Source: Octopus sinensis (lineage: Eukaryota). From it: a stretch of 64,000 bases of DNA. The stretch spans positions 15,190,001 through 15,254,000 of the forward strand of contig NC_043013.1 of the NCBI RefSeq assembly GCF_006345805.1. The letters are read 5' to 3'. The notes below the pieces were generated by a model. It worked only from the letters and a program-made list of their open reading frames with translations, was not told where the DNA came from and made no database searches. Positions 63,523 through 64,000 of this stretch are shown in pieces; position 1 is the stretch's first letter, and every line of letters begins with the position of its first letter. The position numbers were made by a program, and so were the translations under genes.

Positions 63523-64000
63523 TCGACTTCACTTTATAAGAATGAGAAACTTTGTCTCTATAATGTTGAGATGGGGTGAGATAAGAAGAGACTAACAGTG
63601 GTAGTCTAAAGCTACTTGAAATAAAGGTTACCTGTTTCCTTATCTTTCTCTTTAAATGTAAGGAAGAACCCATGATGGTAGCCTATTGTAGATGGAATAT
63701 AAACAGGGATGGAGCCCCCCCACACATACACACACAAGAAAAGAAGTGCATCCTTCTAAATAATGTTATGCCCTTTTCTCCTGGAATTGTATTCTCTTCT
63801 GACTTTGTGCGCTCTCTTCGAAAAATTCCTGGGACCATGTCTGATAAATGTTTGTCATGTAGGTAGAGGAAGAGGTTAACTGTAGTGTCTGGGAATATCA
63901 TCTCCATTATGTTACATAGAAAGGAGTACTTTTAGCTAGCAAGTGGATTTAATGTGATAAGATAATGGTGACTGAGTCTATATTTTTAAAATCATTGGTG

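Overview
AT-rich eukaryotic genomic DNA. The repeat families (tRNA-derived SINEs, RTE-type tails ending (GAT)n, TTAA- and TA-flanked MITEs) look like Octopus/coleoid cephalopod; this is inference. Two intron-rich genes lie head-to-head. (1) Minus strand: SMARCE1/BAF57/BAP111, a SWI/SNF subunit. I rebuilt 16 phase-consistent coding exons by hand from ATG 38323 to about 853/821: MALPSYK N-terminus, [20 protein letters not shown] plus HMG box, NHRLI motif, coiled coil and a long P/T/A/E tail. A further splice acceptor sits at window positions 1-3. (2) Plus strand: the first two coding exons of a probable TOPBP1 (BRCT0) at 57690-57774 and 60073-60214. Between the genes is a CpG-retaining zone (about 41-52.5 kb) with a likely bidirectional promoter and six long inverted repeats. 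Notable oddities are a TSD-flanked Penelope-like inverted remnant with a degenerate minimal hammerhead (G3-C8 core), a 5'-inverted RTE-type LINE with twin-priming geometry, overlapping TOPBP1 donors where only the weaker keeps frame, and a duplicated exon end that creates a possible 9-nt microexon. Most ORFs in the supplied track are spurious. All calls are by eye, with no searches run.
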